A stretch of 64,000 bases of DNA from an uncultured Thermoleophilia bacterium (GTDB lineage Bacteria; Actinomycetota; Thermoleophilia; UBA2241): contig CAVQSP010000014.1 in assembly GCA_963715985.1 (NCBI GenBank), positions 384,001 to 448,000 of the forward strand, written 5' to 3'. The notes beneath the pieces were generated by a model, which was given only the letters and a program-made list of their open reading frames with translations, did not search any database and was not told where the DNA came from. This document shows, in pieces, positions 10,539 through 19,941 of the stretch. Position numbers and translations under genes: made by a program. Position 1 is the first letter of the stretch. The number at the start of each line of letters is the position of its first letter.

Positions 10539-11920
10539 CTATAGCACCGGAGCAGAGGGCGCCTGCGCGCGGATGCGGCGGGCGAGCACGGCCAGAGCCA
10601 CGGCCGCCGCAGCCGCCGCCACCGCCACGGCAGCGAGCAGCAGCCATACGTACTGGAGCTGTCCGCCGGCGGCGTCGGCCACGAGGCCGCCGGCCCACGC
10701 GGCGAAGGACCCGACGCCGAACGACAGCGTGAAGCTCAGGCCGTAGCCCACGCTGCGGTGCGACAGCGAGGTGTAGCGGCCGGTGAAGGTGTTGTCCATC
10801 GGCTGCGTCGTGAAGTGCACGAAGCTTGTCGCAGCCAGGGCCAGGAGCATCCACCAGTCCACGGCGAAGAACGTGCAGGCGAGGAGGGCCGCCGTGGCGG
10901 CCATGAGCACGGCGTAGAGCGCCTCGGCGCGGCGGCCGCCGCCGAGGTGGCCGCCCCACCACTGCCCGAAGAAGCCGGCGAGGTACACGATGGAGGCGAG
11001 GATGCCGCCCTGCAGCACGGCCGCCGACGGAAGCACGTCGCTGCGTGCGGCGGCCAGCGCCGGCAGGAAGGTGGCGAAGCCGCGGTAGATGAACCCGAGC
11101 GCGATGGTGATGGAGAACACCAGGATGAGGGCGGCGACGTGAGTGGAGCCTGCATGCGCCGCCGCGGGCGCCTGAAGGCAGCCAGCTTCGTCTGTGGTGC
11201 GGGGATCGTCGAGGTCCGACCCTACGGCACCTTCGCGCGACTCGGCGGCCCGCGTCGCTCTGTCGTACGCCTGCCGCTCTGTCACCCCGCCCCGTCTCTC
11301 GGCACCGCCCGTCTTGGCGGCGAGTCCGGGGTCGTGAAGCGTGCGCATGCGCAGGCTGGCGGCGGCCACGCCGAGACCGACGGCCGCGGCCACCGCGAAC
11401 GGCAGGCGCCAGGAGACGCTCCATGCGAGCAGGGCGCCGAAGGCGGGGGCGATGGCAAGCCCCAGGTTGCCCACCATGCCGTGGTGCCCCAGGGAGCGCG
11501 CGTCGTTGCCGCTGACCCTGGAGACGAGGGTGAGTCCGGCCGTGTGGTACGGGCCGCAAGCCACGCCGAGGCCGATCAGAGCCACGGCGAACACCGTGGC
11601 GTTGGGCGCCAGGGCGATGGCGACGCAGGCGATCGCACCGCCGACCAGCACCAGCCTCACGATCACCAGCGGCGAGACGCGGTTGAGGATGAGGCCGGTG
11701 GGCAGCGACAGCAGGCCGTAGACCAGCATGGCGGCGGTGAACACGGCGCCCAGCACGCCGTAGCTCACGGAGAAGGTGCCGTGGAGCGTGAAGAGGACGG
11801 CGGGGTAGAGACCGATGTAGAGGTGTGTGGTGGCGTGCGCCAGGTAGACGGGGAGGAGGGAGCGGAACCCGGCGGGGCGGGTGGCGGGGTGAGGCTCGGC
11901 GGCGGTGTGCGTGGCTATCG
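10539..11920 (-). CDS. MFS transporter (start uncertain)
   Basis: About 12 hydrophobic segments; AHATTHLYIGLYP, YHTAG and HGMVGNLGLAIAP MFS motifs. Confidence 0.85.
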
Positions 11921-11931
11921 CCGCCGCCCCG

Positions 11932-13545
11932 TCAGATCCAGCTGCGGAACCACATGATGTGGCTGAAGTGGCCCGGGCTGATGGGGATGTTGAGGACGAT
12001 CGGGATGAAGGCGACGACGATGCCGATGGCCATTCCCGCCAGCACCATCGCGACCAGCGGTCGCCGCGCGCGCAGGCGCGGCGACACGAGCACGATGACG
12101 ACAAAGAGGGCGAGGAAGATCCCCACGCCCACCGTGACCCAGCCCAACGTGGGGCTCACACGGCTCGGCCGGCTCCAGAAGAGCCACCAGGCGAGCCGCC
12201 CGACCCACTCCCACAGCACCGCCGTGGCCACGGCCGCGACGGCCATCACGAGGGCGCCCCGCCGTGGCAGCGCGACCTGACCGGCGAAGACGAGCAGGAG
12301 GCCGGCCGCAAGGATGGCGAGGAACGGCGCCACAGGCGTCAGGTAGTAGAGGAAGGACGTCCTCGAGGTCGCGAACCAGGGGAGGTAGAGGAGCGCGACG
12401 ATGATGGCAGTGGGGAGGAGGACGTACGACCTGCGCACCGCGGCGAGCACGACGGCGACCACGAGGCCGAGGGTGGCCAGCCACCACACGAACGGGTTGC
12501 CCATGGCGATGACGCCGCGGTAGGTGTGGTCGCCCTGGAAGTAGTACCAGACGGGGCGGTAGTCCACGAGCCAGGTGTACGACGCCGATGCGTACGTGTG
12601 CACCGCCTTGAGGTGGGTGTTGAAGTACCAGGCCTGGCGCTGAAGCTCCACCCACTGGCTCCAGGAGTGCCCGGCGGCGAAGTACTGCACGTAGCTCAGC
12701 ATGTAGAGGCCGGCGGGGATGAGGACGAGGATGGCGGCGGCGAGGAGGGCGGACGGCAGTGCCTGCACCAGTGTCTGCCGGGCAGGCGCTGCGGCGGGGA
12801 CGTCGCCGTCCGCCGCCGGCTCCGACAGCTGCGGCGTCACCGCGGTCGCCGTGACGGCGTCCTCGTCGGCCAGGACGGACCCGGCCTGGGCGGAGCCGCG
12901 ATCGCGCAGCCACGCGAGCACGAGGATCACGCCTACGACGAGGACGGCGAGGGCGCCCGACCACTTGGTGCCCACCGCCATGCCGCCGGCGAGCGCGCTG
13001 AGAAGGAGCCAGGCGCGCCGGCGTCCGTCCTGCACGTAGCGCAGGCCCAGGTAGATGCAGAGCACGGACCAGACCCCGACGAACACGTCCAACGTGGCGA
13101 TGCGTGATTGGGCGATGCCCAACTGGTCGGCGGCCGCGAAGAGCAAGGCGATGAGCGCCCACGCGGGCGGCAGGCCGAGGCGGCGAGCGAGCGGGTAGAC
13201 CAGCGCCAGCATGACCAGGCCCGCGACCACGGCGGGGAAGCGCCAGCCGAAGGCACGGTCGCCGAACACCAGGATGCCCGCCGCGATGGCGAACTTGCCC
13301 ATCTCCGGATGGGGCCACGAGACCTCGTCCCCGGCCTCCCAGAGGAGCGGCTCCTTGGGCCCCACGCGTCCGTCCACGATGGCCTTGCCGTCCTTGGCGT
13401 AGTAGACCTCGTCGAACATGTACTCCGCCGGGGTGGCCACCTGATACAGCCGCAGCGCCGCGGAGACGAGGAGGATGAGTGCCACGGCGAGCACGAAGCG
13501 CTGCCTGCGCCTGGGGTCGCGTATGGGGACCGGCGGTTCGAACAC
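11932..13545 (-). CDS. Second Pmt/GT39-like protein O-mannosyltransferase
   Basis: YMFDEVYYAKD, HPEMGK, FGWRFP, QSRIATLDVF, TKWSG, HTYAS, RPVWYY and GNPFVWW motifs. GTG start after AGGAG; TATAAT on the minus strand at 13580-13585. Confidence 0.9.
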   Translation of the reverse strand: MFEPPVPIRDPRRRQRFVLAVALILLVSAALRLYQVATPAEYMFDEVYYAKDGKAIVDGRVGPKEPLLWEAGDEVSWPHPEMGKFAIAAGILVFGDRAFGWRFPAVVAGLVMLALVYPLARRLGLPPAWALIALLFAAADQLGIAQSRIATLDVFVGVWSVLCIYLGLRYVQDGRRRAWLLLSALAGGMAVGTKWSGALAVLVVGVILVLAWLRDRGSAQAGSVLADEDAVTATAVTPQLSEPAADGDVPAAAPARQTLVQALPSALLAAAILVLIPAGLYMLSYVQYFAAGHSWSQWVELQRQAWYFNTHLKAVHTYASASYTWLVDYRPVWYYFQGDHTYRGVIAMGNPFVWWLATLGLVVAVVLAAVRRSYVLLPTAIIVALLYLPWFATSRTSFLYYLTPVAPFLAILAAGLLLVFAGQVALPRRGALVMAVAAVATAVLWEWVGRLAWWLFWSRPSRVSPTLGWVTVGVGIFLALFVVIVLVSPRLRARRPLVAMVLAGMAIGIVVAFIPIVLNIPISPGHFSHIMWFRSWI

Positions 13546-13724
13546 GTGCGGGCGGCTCCTGGTGGGTCGGGTCCGCGCCATTATACTGGCCGCCGCAGTT
13601 TGTGAGCGCCCGGCCCGCGTGATAGAAATCACGGAGTTTGTCCGCGGCCGGGAGCGTGTCGCGGGCGCGCGTTCATCCTTTCCCGCGCGGTACACGCGTC
13701 GCACCAGAGTGGAGGCTGGCAGAC

Positions 13725-14381
13725 ATGGCTGAAGAGAAGGCGAAGACCATACCGGGGCAGGAGTTCGGCCCCATGGGCGAGCGCGGGGTCATCATGGCCA
13801 CCCTGCGCGACGCCAGCGGCAACCCGGGGCCACTCGGCCTCATGGCGTTCGGCATGACGACGATCCTGCTGAACGTGCACAATGCGGGCCTGATCCCCCT
13901 CAGCGGCATCATCCTCGCGATGGGCGTCTTCTACGGCGGTATCGCGCAGGTCATCGCCGGCATCATGGAGTGGCGCAAGAACAGCACGTTCGGCATGACG
14001 GCGTTCCTGTCCTACGGCCTCTTCTGGCTCACGTTCGTCGGCATCTTCGCCTTCCCCAAGTGGATGGGTACCGCCGATCTCGACCTCGGCGCCACGAGCA
14101 CGGCGCTGGGCTACTACCTCGCCGCGTGGGGCATGTTCACCGCCCTGATGTTCGTGGGCACGCTGCGCATCAACCGCTCGCTGCAGACCGTGTTCTTCAG
14201 TCTCACGATCCTGTTCTTCCTGCTCGCCGTCGCCGAGTGGACCGGCAACGCCACGCTCACCAAGATCGCCGGCTGGGAGGGCATCTTCGTCGGGTTCTCG
14301 GCGGTGTACGGTTCCATCGCCCAGGTGTGGAACGAGCTCTACGGCCGCACCATCCTGCCGATCGGCCCCTACCAGCGCTGA
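13725..14381 (+). CDS. satP: Acetate uptake transporter, SatP/GPR1/FUN34/YaaH family
   Basis: NPGPLGLMAFGMTTILLN, FYGGIAQVIAG and NSTFGMTAFLSYGLFW signatures. Confidence 0.92.
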   Translation: MAEEKAKTIPGQEFGPMGERGVIMATLRDASGNPGPLGLMAFGMTTILLNVHNAGLIPLSGIILAMGVFYGGIAQVIAGIMEWRKNSTFGMTAFLSYGLFWLTFVGIFAFPKWMGTADLDLGATSTALGYYLAAWGMFTALMFVGTLRINRSLQTVFFSLTILFFLLAVAEWTGNATLTKIAGWEGIFVGFSAVYGSIAQVWNELYGRTILPIGPYQR

Positions 14382-14410
14382 CGCGGCAGGGCCGCTCCGG
14401 CGGCGCACGG

Positions 14411-14458
14411 TACGAAGAGGGGCGGGAGCGCCGCACGGCGCTCCCGCCCCTCTTCGTA
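14411..14458. terminator. Bidirectional terminator-like hairpin
   Basis: Perfect 22-bp stem TACGAAGAGGGGCGGGAGCGCC...GGCGCTCCCGCCCCTCTTCGTA between convergent genes. Confidence 0.7.
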
Positions 14459-14463
14459 GCCCC

Positions 14464-15591
14464 TCACCATACGATGGCGTCCACCGTCGTCTTGTCCCAG
14501 CGCAGATCGGCGAGGACGATCGTCATGGCCGGGTCGTAGAGCGGCGGCGGATAGGTCGAGAGCCTGGGCCCGAAGAGCTGCGCCCCGCCGCCCGTGGCCC
14601 ACGGGCCGTAGCCGTCCTGTCCGGTCATGTCCGCGCAGAGACCGGTGATCAGGACCGCCCCGCGCTTCACGAGGTGGAGTGTGACGTTCACACCGCTGTT
14701 GTTCGCAGGCAGCGCGTACACGCGCCGTGCGGAGCCGGGGCTCAGGAGCTCGTCCCGCCCGCTCGGGGTGAACCAGCGACCCACCGTCGAGGTGCTCCAG
14801 TAGCGTTGCATGGCGCTCGACTTCGTCAGGGTGATCACCTGCACGGGAGCGCCGGTGGAGCTGTCGAAGGAGCGCAGGGTGCCGACCGCCTGCTCCTCCG
14901 TCGAGCCCGTTGCGTCCATCACGGCGGAGATCACGGCGGGATCGTCGGCGGCACCGGAAGCGCCGATCTGCGGGTCGAGGATGACGGTGGGGGCCGTCTC
15001 TTCCGAGTATTCGACGAGGGTGTCGCCGTCTTCGCTGATCACCTTCCAGTCGGTGGTCAGAAGGAGCGCGTAGCGGCCCGGCCTCGTGATGGTGGCGGAG
15101 GCGGTGGTGTTCACCTCGCCGACCACGGCCCGGGTGGCGAGGCGCTTCCACGTGTGATCGTCAAGGCGGTACAGCGGCAACGGCGTCTCGCGGAAGATGG
15201 CCTTGGGCAGGGTGAACGTGAGCGTGACGGGCGACGCGAAGTGCCCGGTGCGCCCACTCCACTCGCAGTCGGCGCCGCGCAAGTAGACGTTGCGCGAAGG
15301 CAGGTCGCCAAGGGCGTCTGCCTGTGCTTCGGTGAGACTCTCCAGCTGCGGGGCGGAGCGTCCGCGGAGCGCGCCCAGGCGGCCGGTGAGCGAGAGGCCG
15401 TGATCCTGGGCCAGGACGACCCGCGGCAGGATGGGGCGCGATGCGGTGGCGTGAGTGAGCGCGGCGGGCAGCGACGGCGCCGAGGCGCGAGGGACGCTCG
15501 CCCACGCCGAGGGTGCGAGCGTCAGGAGGGCGAGGACGGCAAACGCCAGGACTGCAGTGGCCGGGCCGCGCGAACGCATGTGGTGTCTCAT
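14464..15591 (-). CDS. Secreted hypothetical protein: ZU5-like beta domain plus TNT/ART-like C-terminal domain
   Basis: Signal peptide ending SAWA; FASPVTLTFTLP...LYR..W...SATIT...YAL; C-terminal RYW...GRWFTP...ARRVYALP.NN...G...GGGAQ. Confidence 0.6.
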   Translation of the reverse strand: MRHHMRSRGPATAVLAFAVLALLTLAPSAWASVPRASAPSLPAALTHATASRPILPRVVLAQDHGLSLTGRLGALRGRSAPQLESLTEAQADALGDLPSRNVYLRGADCEWSGRTGHFASPVTLTFTLPKAIFRETPLPLYRLDDHTWKRLATRAVVGEVNTTASATITRPGRYALLLTTDWKVISEDGDTLVEYSEETAPTVILDPQIGASGAADDPAVISAVMDATGSTEEQAVGTLRSFDSSTGAPVQVITLTKSSAMQRYWSTSTVGRWFTPSGRDELLSPGSARRVYALPANNSGVNVTLHLVKRGAVLITGLCADMTGQDGYGPWATGGGAQLFGPRLSTYPPPLYDPAMTIVLADLRWDKTTVDAIVW

Positions 15592-15882
15592 GTTCTTCTC
15601 CAGTGGTCGGCCGCCGGCGCCGCGGCGCGGCCGCGTGCGTCCGAGACTGCTATCGGCGGCGAGGTCGGCGCTCTTGACCCGAAGAGGAGACGGCGGGCGC
15701 GATTGTGCGTCCCGGGCGCTGGACGTCCCCCGGCCGCCGTTCCGCCGACCCGTGCTCGGTATATCCTGTGCGCCGCAGACAAACGTCCGGCGGCGCCGTC
15801 CGCCGGTGGCGGCGGAGGTGCTCATGCAGGTGACGGGTGTCCACGGTCTCGCGGCGATGACGCGGCGCAAGGAGGCGGCTCG

Positions 15883-17190
15883 ATGAGCAAGGTCGCCGCA
15901 GACGTCGTGCTCCGCGGAGCGTCCGAGCTCGTCACCATGGCCGCGCCGCCCGCCGCCGGCCTAGGCGCCATCGCCGGCGGTGCTCTGGCGGCACGCGAGG
16001 GCGTCATCGTGTGGGTCGGCCTCGAGTCGGAGCTGACGCAGGCGGTCGACCTCGCCGACGACGGTCTGGACATCGACGCCGAAGGCTGCTGCGTGCTCCC
16101 CGGGTTCGTGGATGCGCACACGCACGTCCCCTTCGCCGGCTCGCGCGCGGCAGAGTACGGCGAGCGCCTCGGGGGCGTGAGCTACGCTGAGATCCTCGCG
16201 CGCGGCGGCGGCATCAACGTCACCGTGGGGGCGACGCGCCAGGCCTCGGAAGAGGACCTGGCGCGGCTCTGCCGTGCGCGCTATGACAGCATGCTGCGTC
16301 ACGGCACCACCACGGCCGAGGTCAAGAGCGGCTACGGCCTCGCCGCGGAGCACGAGGCGAAGCAGCTGCGCGCGGCGGCCGTTGCCCACCCTCTGCGTCG
16401 CGAGTACACGTTCCTCGGCGCGCACTTCGTGCCTCCCGAGTACCAGGGCCGTGCGGACGACTACGTCCACCACGTGTGCGACGAGATGATCCCGGCGTGC
16501 GCCCCGCTGGCGCACTGGTGCGACGTGTTCTGCGACGAGGGCGCCTTCACCATCGAGCAGTCGCGACGGGTGCTCCAGGCGGCGCAGGCCGCGGGTCTCA
16601 GCCTGCGCATCCACGCCGACGAGATGGCGCGCTCGGGGGGCTCCTTCCTCGCCGCCGAGCTCGGCTGCGCCTCTGCCGACCACCTCATCCACGCCACGTG
16701 GGAGGAGATCGCGGCCCTCAAAGAGGCGGGCGTCGTGGCCGTCATGCTGCCGGGGACGAGCTATACGCTGGGCGTGCAGTTCGCGCCGGCGCGAGCCTTC
16801 CTTGAGGCCGGCGTCACCATCGCTCTGGCCACGGACTACAACCCGGGGAGCTGCAACTCCGAGAACCTTCAGCTGATGATCTCGCTGGCGTGTCAGGGCA
16901 TGAAGCTGACACCGGACGAGGCTCTCTACGCCGCGACCCGCGGCGGCGCTGCCGCGCTGCGCAGGGACGACGTCGGCAGTCTGGAGGTCGGCAAGCGGTG
17001 CGACTTCAGCGTGCTGGTGGCCCAGAGTCGCAGCGAGCTGCCGTATCACTTCGGCGTGAACCTCGTGACGGACGTGGTGGTCGGAGGCGCCGTGGTGGTG
17101 CAGGACGGCGCCGTGACGGACGCCGCGGCGCCACAGCCTGTGCCCATCTTCCCGCGCCGCGCCGCGGCCGGTCGCGGAGGCGACCGATGA
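15883..17190 (+). CDS. hutI: Imidazolonepropionase
   Basis: PGFVDAHTH, GGGINVTV, GTTTAEVKSGYGL, FLGAH, CDVFCDEG, IHADE and ALATDYNPG motifs. Confidence 0.93.
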   Translation: MSKVAADVVLRGASELVTMAAPPAAGLGAIAGGALAAREGVIVWVGLESELTQAVDLADDGLDIDAEGCCVLPGFVDAHTHVPFAGSRAAEYGERLGGVSYAEILARGGGINVTVGATRQASEEDLARLCRARYDSMLRHGTTTAEVKSGYGLAAEHEAKQLRAAAVAHPLRREYTFLGAHFVPPEYQGRADDYVHHVCDEMIPACAPLAHWCDVFCDEGAFTIEQSRRVLQAAQAAGLSLRIHADEMARSGGSFLAAELGCASADHLIHATWEEIAALKEAGVVAVMLPGTSYTLGVQFAPARAFLEAGVTIALATDYNPGSCNSENLQLMISLACQGMKLTPDEALYAATRGGAAALRRDDVGSLEVGKRCDFSVLVAQSRSELPYHFGVNLVTDVVVGGAVVVQDGAVTDAAAPQPVPIFPRRAAAGRGGDR

Positions 17191-18092
17191 CCCTCGTCGA
17201 GTGTGTGCCCAACTTCTCCGAGGGGCGCCGCCCCGAGGTCATCGACGAGATCGTCGCTGCCATGGCCGGCATCGCCGGCGTCCACGTGCTGGACCGGCAG
17301 AGCGATCCGACCCACAACCGCTGCGTCATCACCCTCGTCGGACCCGATGAGGCGGCCGCTGAGGCCGCGTTCCGCGGCATCGCCGCGGCCGCCCGGCTCA
17401 TCGACCTCACCCAGCACCGGGGAGCGCACCCGCGCTTCGGCGCCGCGGACGTGGTGCCGTTCGTGCCGGTGCGTGAAGCGGACATGCCCGCCTGCGTGGA
17501 GCTGGCGCGGCGGCTTGCGCGCCGTGTGGGTGACGAGCTCGGGATCCCCGCGTACCTGTACGAGGACGCGGCCCTGCGGGAGGAGTGCCGTGACCTCGCG
17601 GACGTCCGCCGCGGCGAGTTCGAGGGCCTGTGCGAAGTCATCGCCGAGGACCCGGCACGGGCGCCCGATGCGGGACCGTGCCGCATGCACCCGACGGCCG
17701 GTGCGGTGGCCGTGGGCGCCCGCCCGCCGCTCATCGCGTACAACGTGAACCTCGACTCGGACGACATCGACCTCGCGCGGGAGATCGCCGTCGCCATCCG
17801 CGAGCGGGACGGCGGCTTCCCCAGGGTCAAGGCCATGGGGCTGGCCCTGGACGACTGCGTGCAGGTGTCCATGAACCTCGTGGACTATCGCGTCACCTCG
17901 ATGCACACGGTCTACACGGAGATCGCCCGCAGGGCGGCCGAGCGCGGTGTGGCGGTGCGTGAGAGCGAGGTGGTCGGCCTCCTGCCCGAGGCGGCACTCG
18001 TCGACCTGGCGCGCCGCTCCCTGAGGGCGGCCGACTTCACCCGGCAGCAGGTCCTCGAAGCGCGCGTGCTGGACCTGCTGACCGGGGGCTGA
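17187..18092 (+). CDS. ftcD: Glutamate formimidoyltransferase
   Basis: LVECVPNFSEGR, DPTHNRCVIT, HRGAHPRFGAADVVPF, RRGEFEGL and QVSMNL motifs. Confidence 0.92.
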   Translation: MTLVECVPNFSEGRRPEVIDEIVAAMAGIAGVHVLDRQSDPTHNRCVITLVGPDEAAAEAAFRGIAAAARLIDLTQHRGAHPRFGAADVVPFVPVREADMPACVELARRLARRVGDELGIPAYLYEDAALREECRDLADVRRGEFEGLCEVIAEDPARAPDAGPCRMHPTAGAVAVGARPPLIAYNVNLDSDDIDLAREIAVAIRERDGGFPRVKAMGLALDDCVQVSMNLVDYRVTSMHTVYTEIARRAAERGVAVRESEVVGLLPEAALVDLARRSLRAADFTRQQVLEARVLDLLTGG

Positions 18093-18147
18093 GCCGCCTG
18101 CGGGCGCTGCGCACTTTTTCCGTCCGCGCCTCCATCCATACTGCTCC

Positions 18148-18195
18148 TTGACACGAACATGGGTTCGCCCTAGGGTGGACACGAACACGTGTTCG
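18148..18195 (+). promoter_or_regulatory. lexA promoter with two LexA (Cheo/SOS) boxes
   Basis: -35 TTGACA (18148), 17-bp spacer, -10 TAGGGT (18171). Boxes CGAACATGGGTTCG (18154-18167) and CGAACACGTGTTCG (18182-18195) match the CGAAC-N4-GTTCG consensus. Confidence 0.9.
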
Positions 18196-18211
18196 TACTC
18201 AAGGAGGAACG

Positions 18212-18814
18212 GTGGAAGGTCTCACACCGCGTCAGGAGCAGGTACTCGAGTTCATCCGCGAGAGCGCGCGCCTCAACGGCTACCCGCCCACGGTCCGCGA
18301 GATCTGCGTGGCCCTCGACCTGTCTGCGCCGTCCACGGTCCAGGTGCATCTCGCCAATCTCGAGCGGCTCGGGTTCATCAAGCGCGATCCCGCCAAGCCG
18401 CGGGCACTCGAGCTCGTCCAGGAGCTGCGCCCGCCGCGGCCGCTCCCGCTCGTCGGTCGCGTCGCCGCCGGCCAGCCCATCCTCGCTGAGGACAATGTAG
18501 AGGACTACGTCGACGTCCCGGCGTTCCTGCGCCGCGACGACGGCGACTTCGTGCTGCGCGTGCGTGGCGACTCCATGAACGGCGCCGGCATCAACGACGG
18601 TGACTACATCGTCGTGCACCCGCAGCAGGAGGTCACGCGGACCGAGATCGCCGTGGTCCGCATCGACGGTGAAGAAGCCACCGCCAAGCACTTCTCCCGG
18701 GACGGGCGCATCATCCGTCTCGAGTCGGAGAACGAGAACTACGAGCCTATCGTCGTCAACGCCGACCGGGTGGACCTCGTCGGCAAGGTCGTGGGGGTGC
18801 TTCGCCAGCTATGA
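18212..18814 (+). CDS. lexA: SOS repressor LexA
   Basis: LTPRQ...GYPPTVREI wHTH; VAAGQP cleavage site; GDSM catalytic Ser; ATAK catalytic Lys. Confidence 0.96.
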   Translation: MEGLTPRQEQVLEFIRESARLNGYPPTVREICVALDLSAPSTVQVHLANLERLGFIKRDPAKPRALELVQELRPPRPLPLVGRVAAGQPILAEDNVEDYVDVPAFLRRDDGDFVLRVRGDSMNGAGINDGDYIVVHPQQEVTRTEIAVVRIDGEEATAKHFSRDGRIIRLESENENYEPIVVNADRVDLVGKVVGVLRQL

Positions 18815-19044
18815 GTACCGTGCCGCTCGCTGCAGTCGTCCTGCCCACGCTCGCCGACGCCGTCGACGAATCACTCTCCGCCGCCCTGGCGGACCAGGTC
18901 GCGCCGTGCCTGTGGTGCGGCAGCACCGCAGTCACGGTGGTGAGCGCCGACTATTGGAGCGGCACCGTCGTGGTGCGCTGTCGCGAGTGCGGCAGCGAGC
19001 TGAGCGGCGTGGTGCCCCGGCACCTGCGCGGGGTGCCCGCGTGA
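18811..19044 (+). CDS. Small zinc-ribbon protein (CLWC/CREC)
   Basis: ATG overlaps the lexA stop (ATGA); two CxxC pairs. Confidence 0.65.
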   Translation: MSTVPLAAVVLPTLADAVDESLSAALADQVAPCLWCGSTAVTVVSADYWSGTVVVRCRECGSELSGVVPRHLRGVPA

Positions 19045-19454
19045 GTCCGGCGCGCCACCTGCAGGACGCCCGCCCCGGCGTCACGGCTCTCGGTCCCGCG
19101 GGCCCCGCCGCGTCACCCAGGTCCGCGGTCAGGCCGCGCAGCCGGGCCGGCCGGCGCCAGCTGCGCCGGCGCCGCCTCGCCGGCCTCCTCCGCTTCGTCG
19201 TGTTCCTCCTGCTCATCTTCATCGCGGTGTGGGCCGGCGTGCGCGTCGCCCACGCCGGCACCGACGCCTCGGTCTACACGGGCCACGAGTACGTGGTCCG
19301 TAGTGGCGACACGCTCTGGGACATCGCCGCCCGGGAGTACGGCGCGGGCGCCGATCTGCGGCGTGCCGTCTTCGAGATCGGCGAGGCCAATCACCTCGAT
19401 GAGTCCAGCGTGCAGCCGGGCGAGCATCTCACGCTGCCCTATCTCGAGGAGTAG
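19041..19454 (+). CDS. Membrane-anchored LysM protein (YneA/ChiZ/DivS-like SOS cell-division inhibitor)
   Basis: Basic N-terminus, one TM segment, LysM YVVRSGDTLWDIA...IGEANHL...VQPGEHLTLP; start overlaps the upstream stop (GTGA). Confidence 0.85.
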   Translation: MSPARHLQDARPGVTALGPAGPAASPRSAVRPRSRAGRRQLRRRRLAGLLRFVVFLLLIFIAVWAGVRVAHAGTDASVYTGHEYVVRSGDTLWDIAAREYGAGADLRRAVFEIGEANHLDESSVQPGEHLTLPYLEE

Positions 19455-19523
19455 CGGCTCTCCGCGCCCTTGAGGTGCTTCACGGCCTGACTCCCCGTCT
19501 CGTGGGGTATACTTGCCCGGCGC

Positions 19524-19600
19524 CGGGACGTGGCGCAGCCTGGTAGCGCACCTGCTTTGGGAGCAGGGGGCCGGCGGTTCGAATCCGCCCGTCCCGACCA
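19524..19600 (+). tRNA. tRNA-Pro(TGG)
   Basis: Cloverleaf; anticodon arm CCTGC-TTTGGGA-GCAGG; GTTCGAATC; CCA end. Confidence 0.96.
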
Positions 19601-19613
19601 GACACCCATGCGG

Positions 19614-19690
19614 GCGGGAGTAGCTCAGTTGGCTAGAGCATCAGCCTTCCAAGCTGAGGGTCGCGGGTTCGAAGCCCGTCTCCCGCTCCA
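19614..19690 (+). tRNA. tRNA-Gly(TCC)
   Basis: Anticodon arm TCAGC-CTTCCAA-GCTGA; CCA end. Confidence 0.96.
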
Positions 19691-19787
19691 TTTCTTACCT
19701 CTTCCATGCAGCGCGCTGCTGCGTGGCGGGGTAGAGTGTCGCTCACCGCACCGCGGCTGTAGTCCGCCTCCGTTGCCGGTGTGACTC

Positions 19788-19864
19788 GCGCCCGTAGCTC
19801 AGCTGGATAGAGCAGGAGACTTCTAATCTTCAGGTCGCAGGTTCGAATCCTGCCGGGCGCGCCA
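19788..19864 (+). tRNA. tRNA-Arg(TCT), integration target
   Basis: Anticodon arm GGAGA-CTTCTAA-TCTTC; GTTCGAATC; CCA end; 3' half duplicated at 29269. Confidence 0.96.
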
Positions 19865-19866
19865 TT
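19825..19866 (+). repeat. attL core (42 bp)
   Basis: AATCTTCAGGTCGCAGGTTCGAATCCTGCCGGGCGCGCCATT, identical to 29269-29310. Confidence 0.95.
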
Positions 19867-19886
19867 TAGCCTCAAAACGGCCAAAA

Positions 19887-19910
19887 GGAAGGCCCCTCGC
19901 GGGGCCTTCC
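19887..19910. terminator. Hairpin between the tRNA operon and the integrase gene
   Basis: GGAAGGCCCC-tcgc-GGGGCCTTCC preceded by AAAA (U-tract on the minus strand). Confidence 0.7.
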
Positions 19911-19941
19911 GTCCTCCTACCGTCCTCCTACCCTGACGCGG

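Noticed and set aside
15883-18092. hutI-ftcD without hutH/hutU as a novel pathway
   Set aside because: Split hut loci are common, and the remaining genes may lie elsewhere in the genome.
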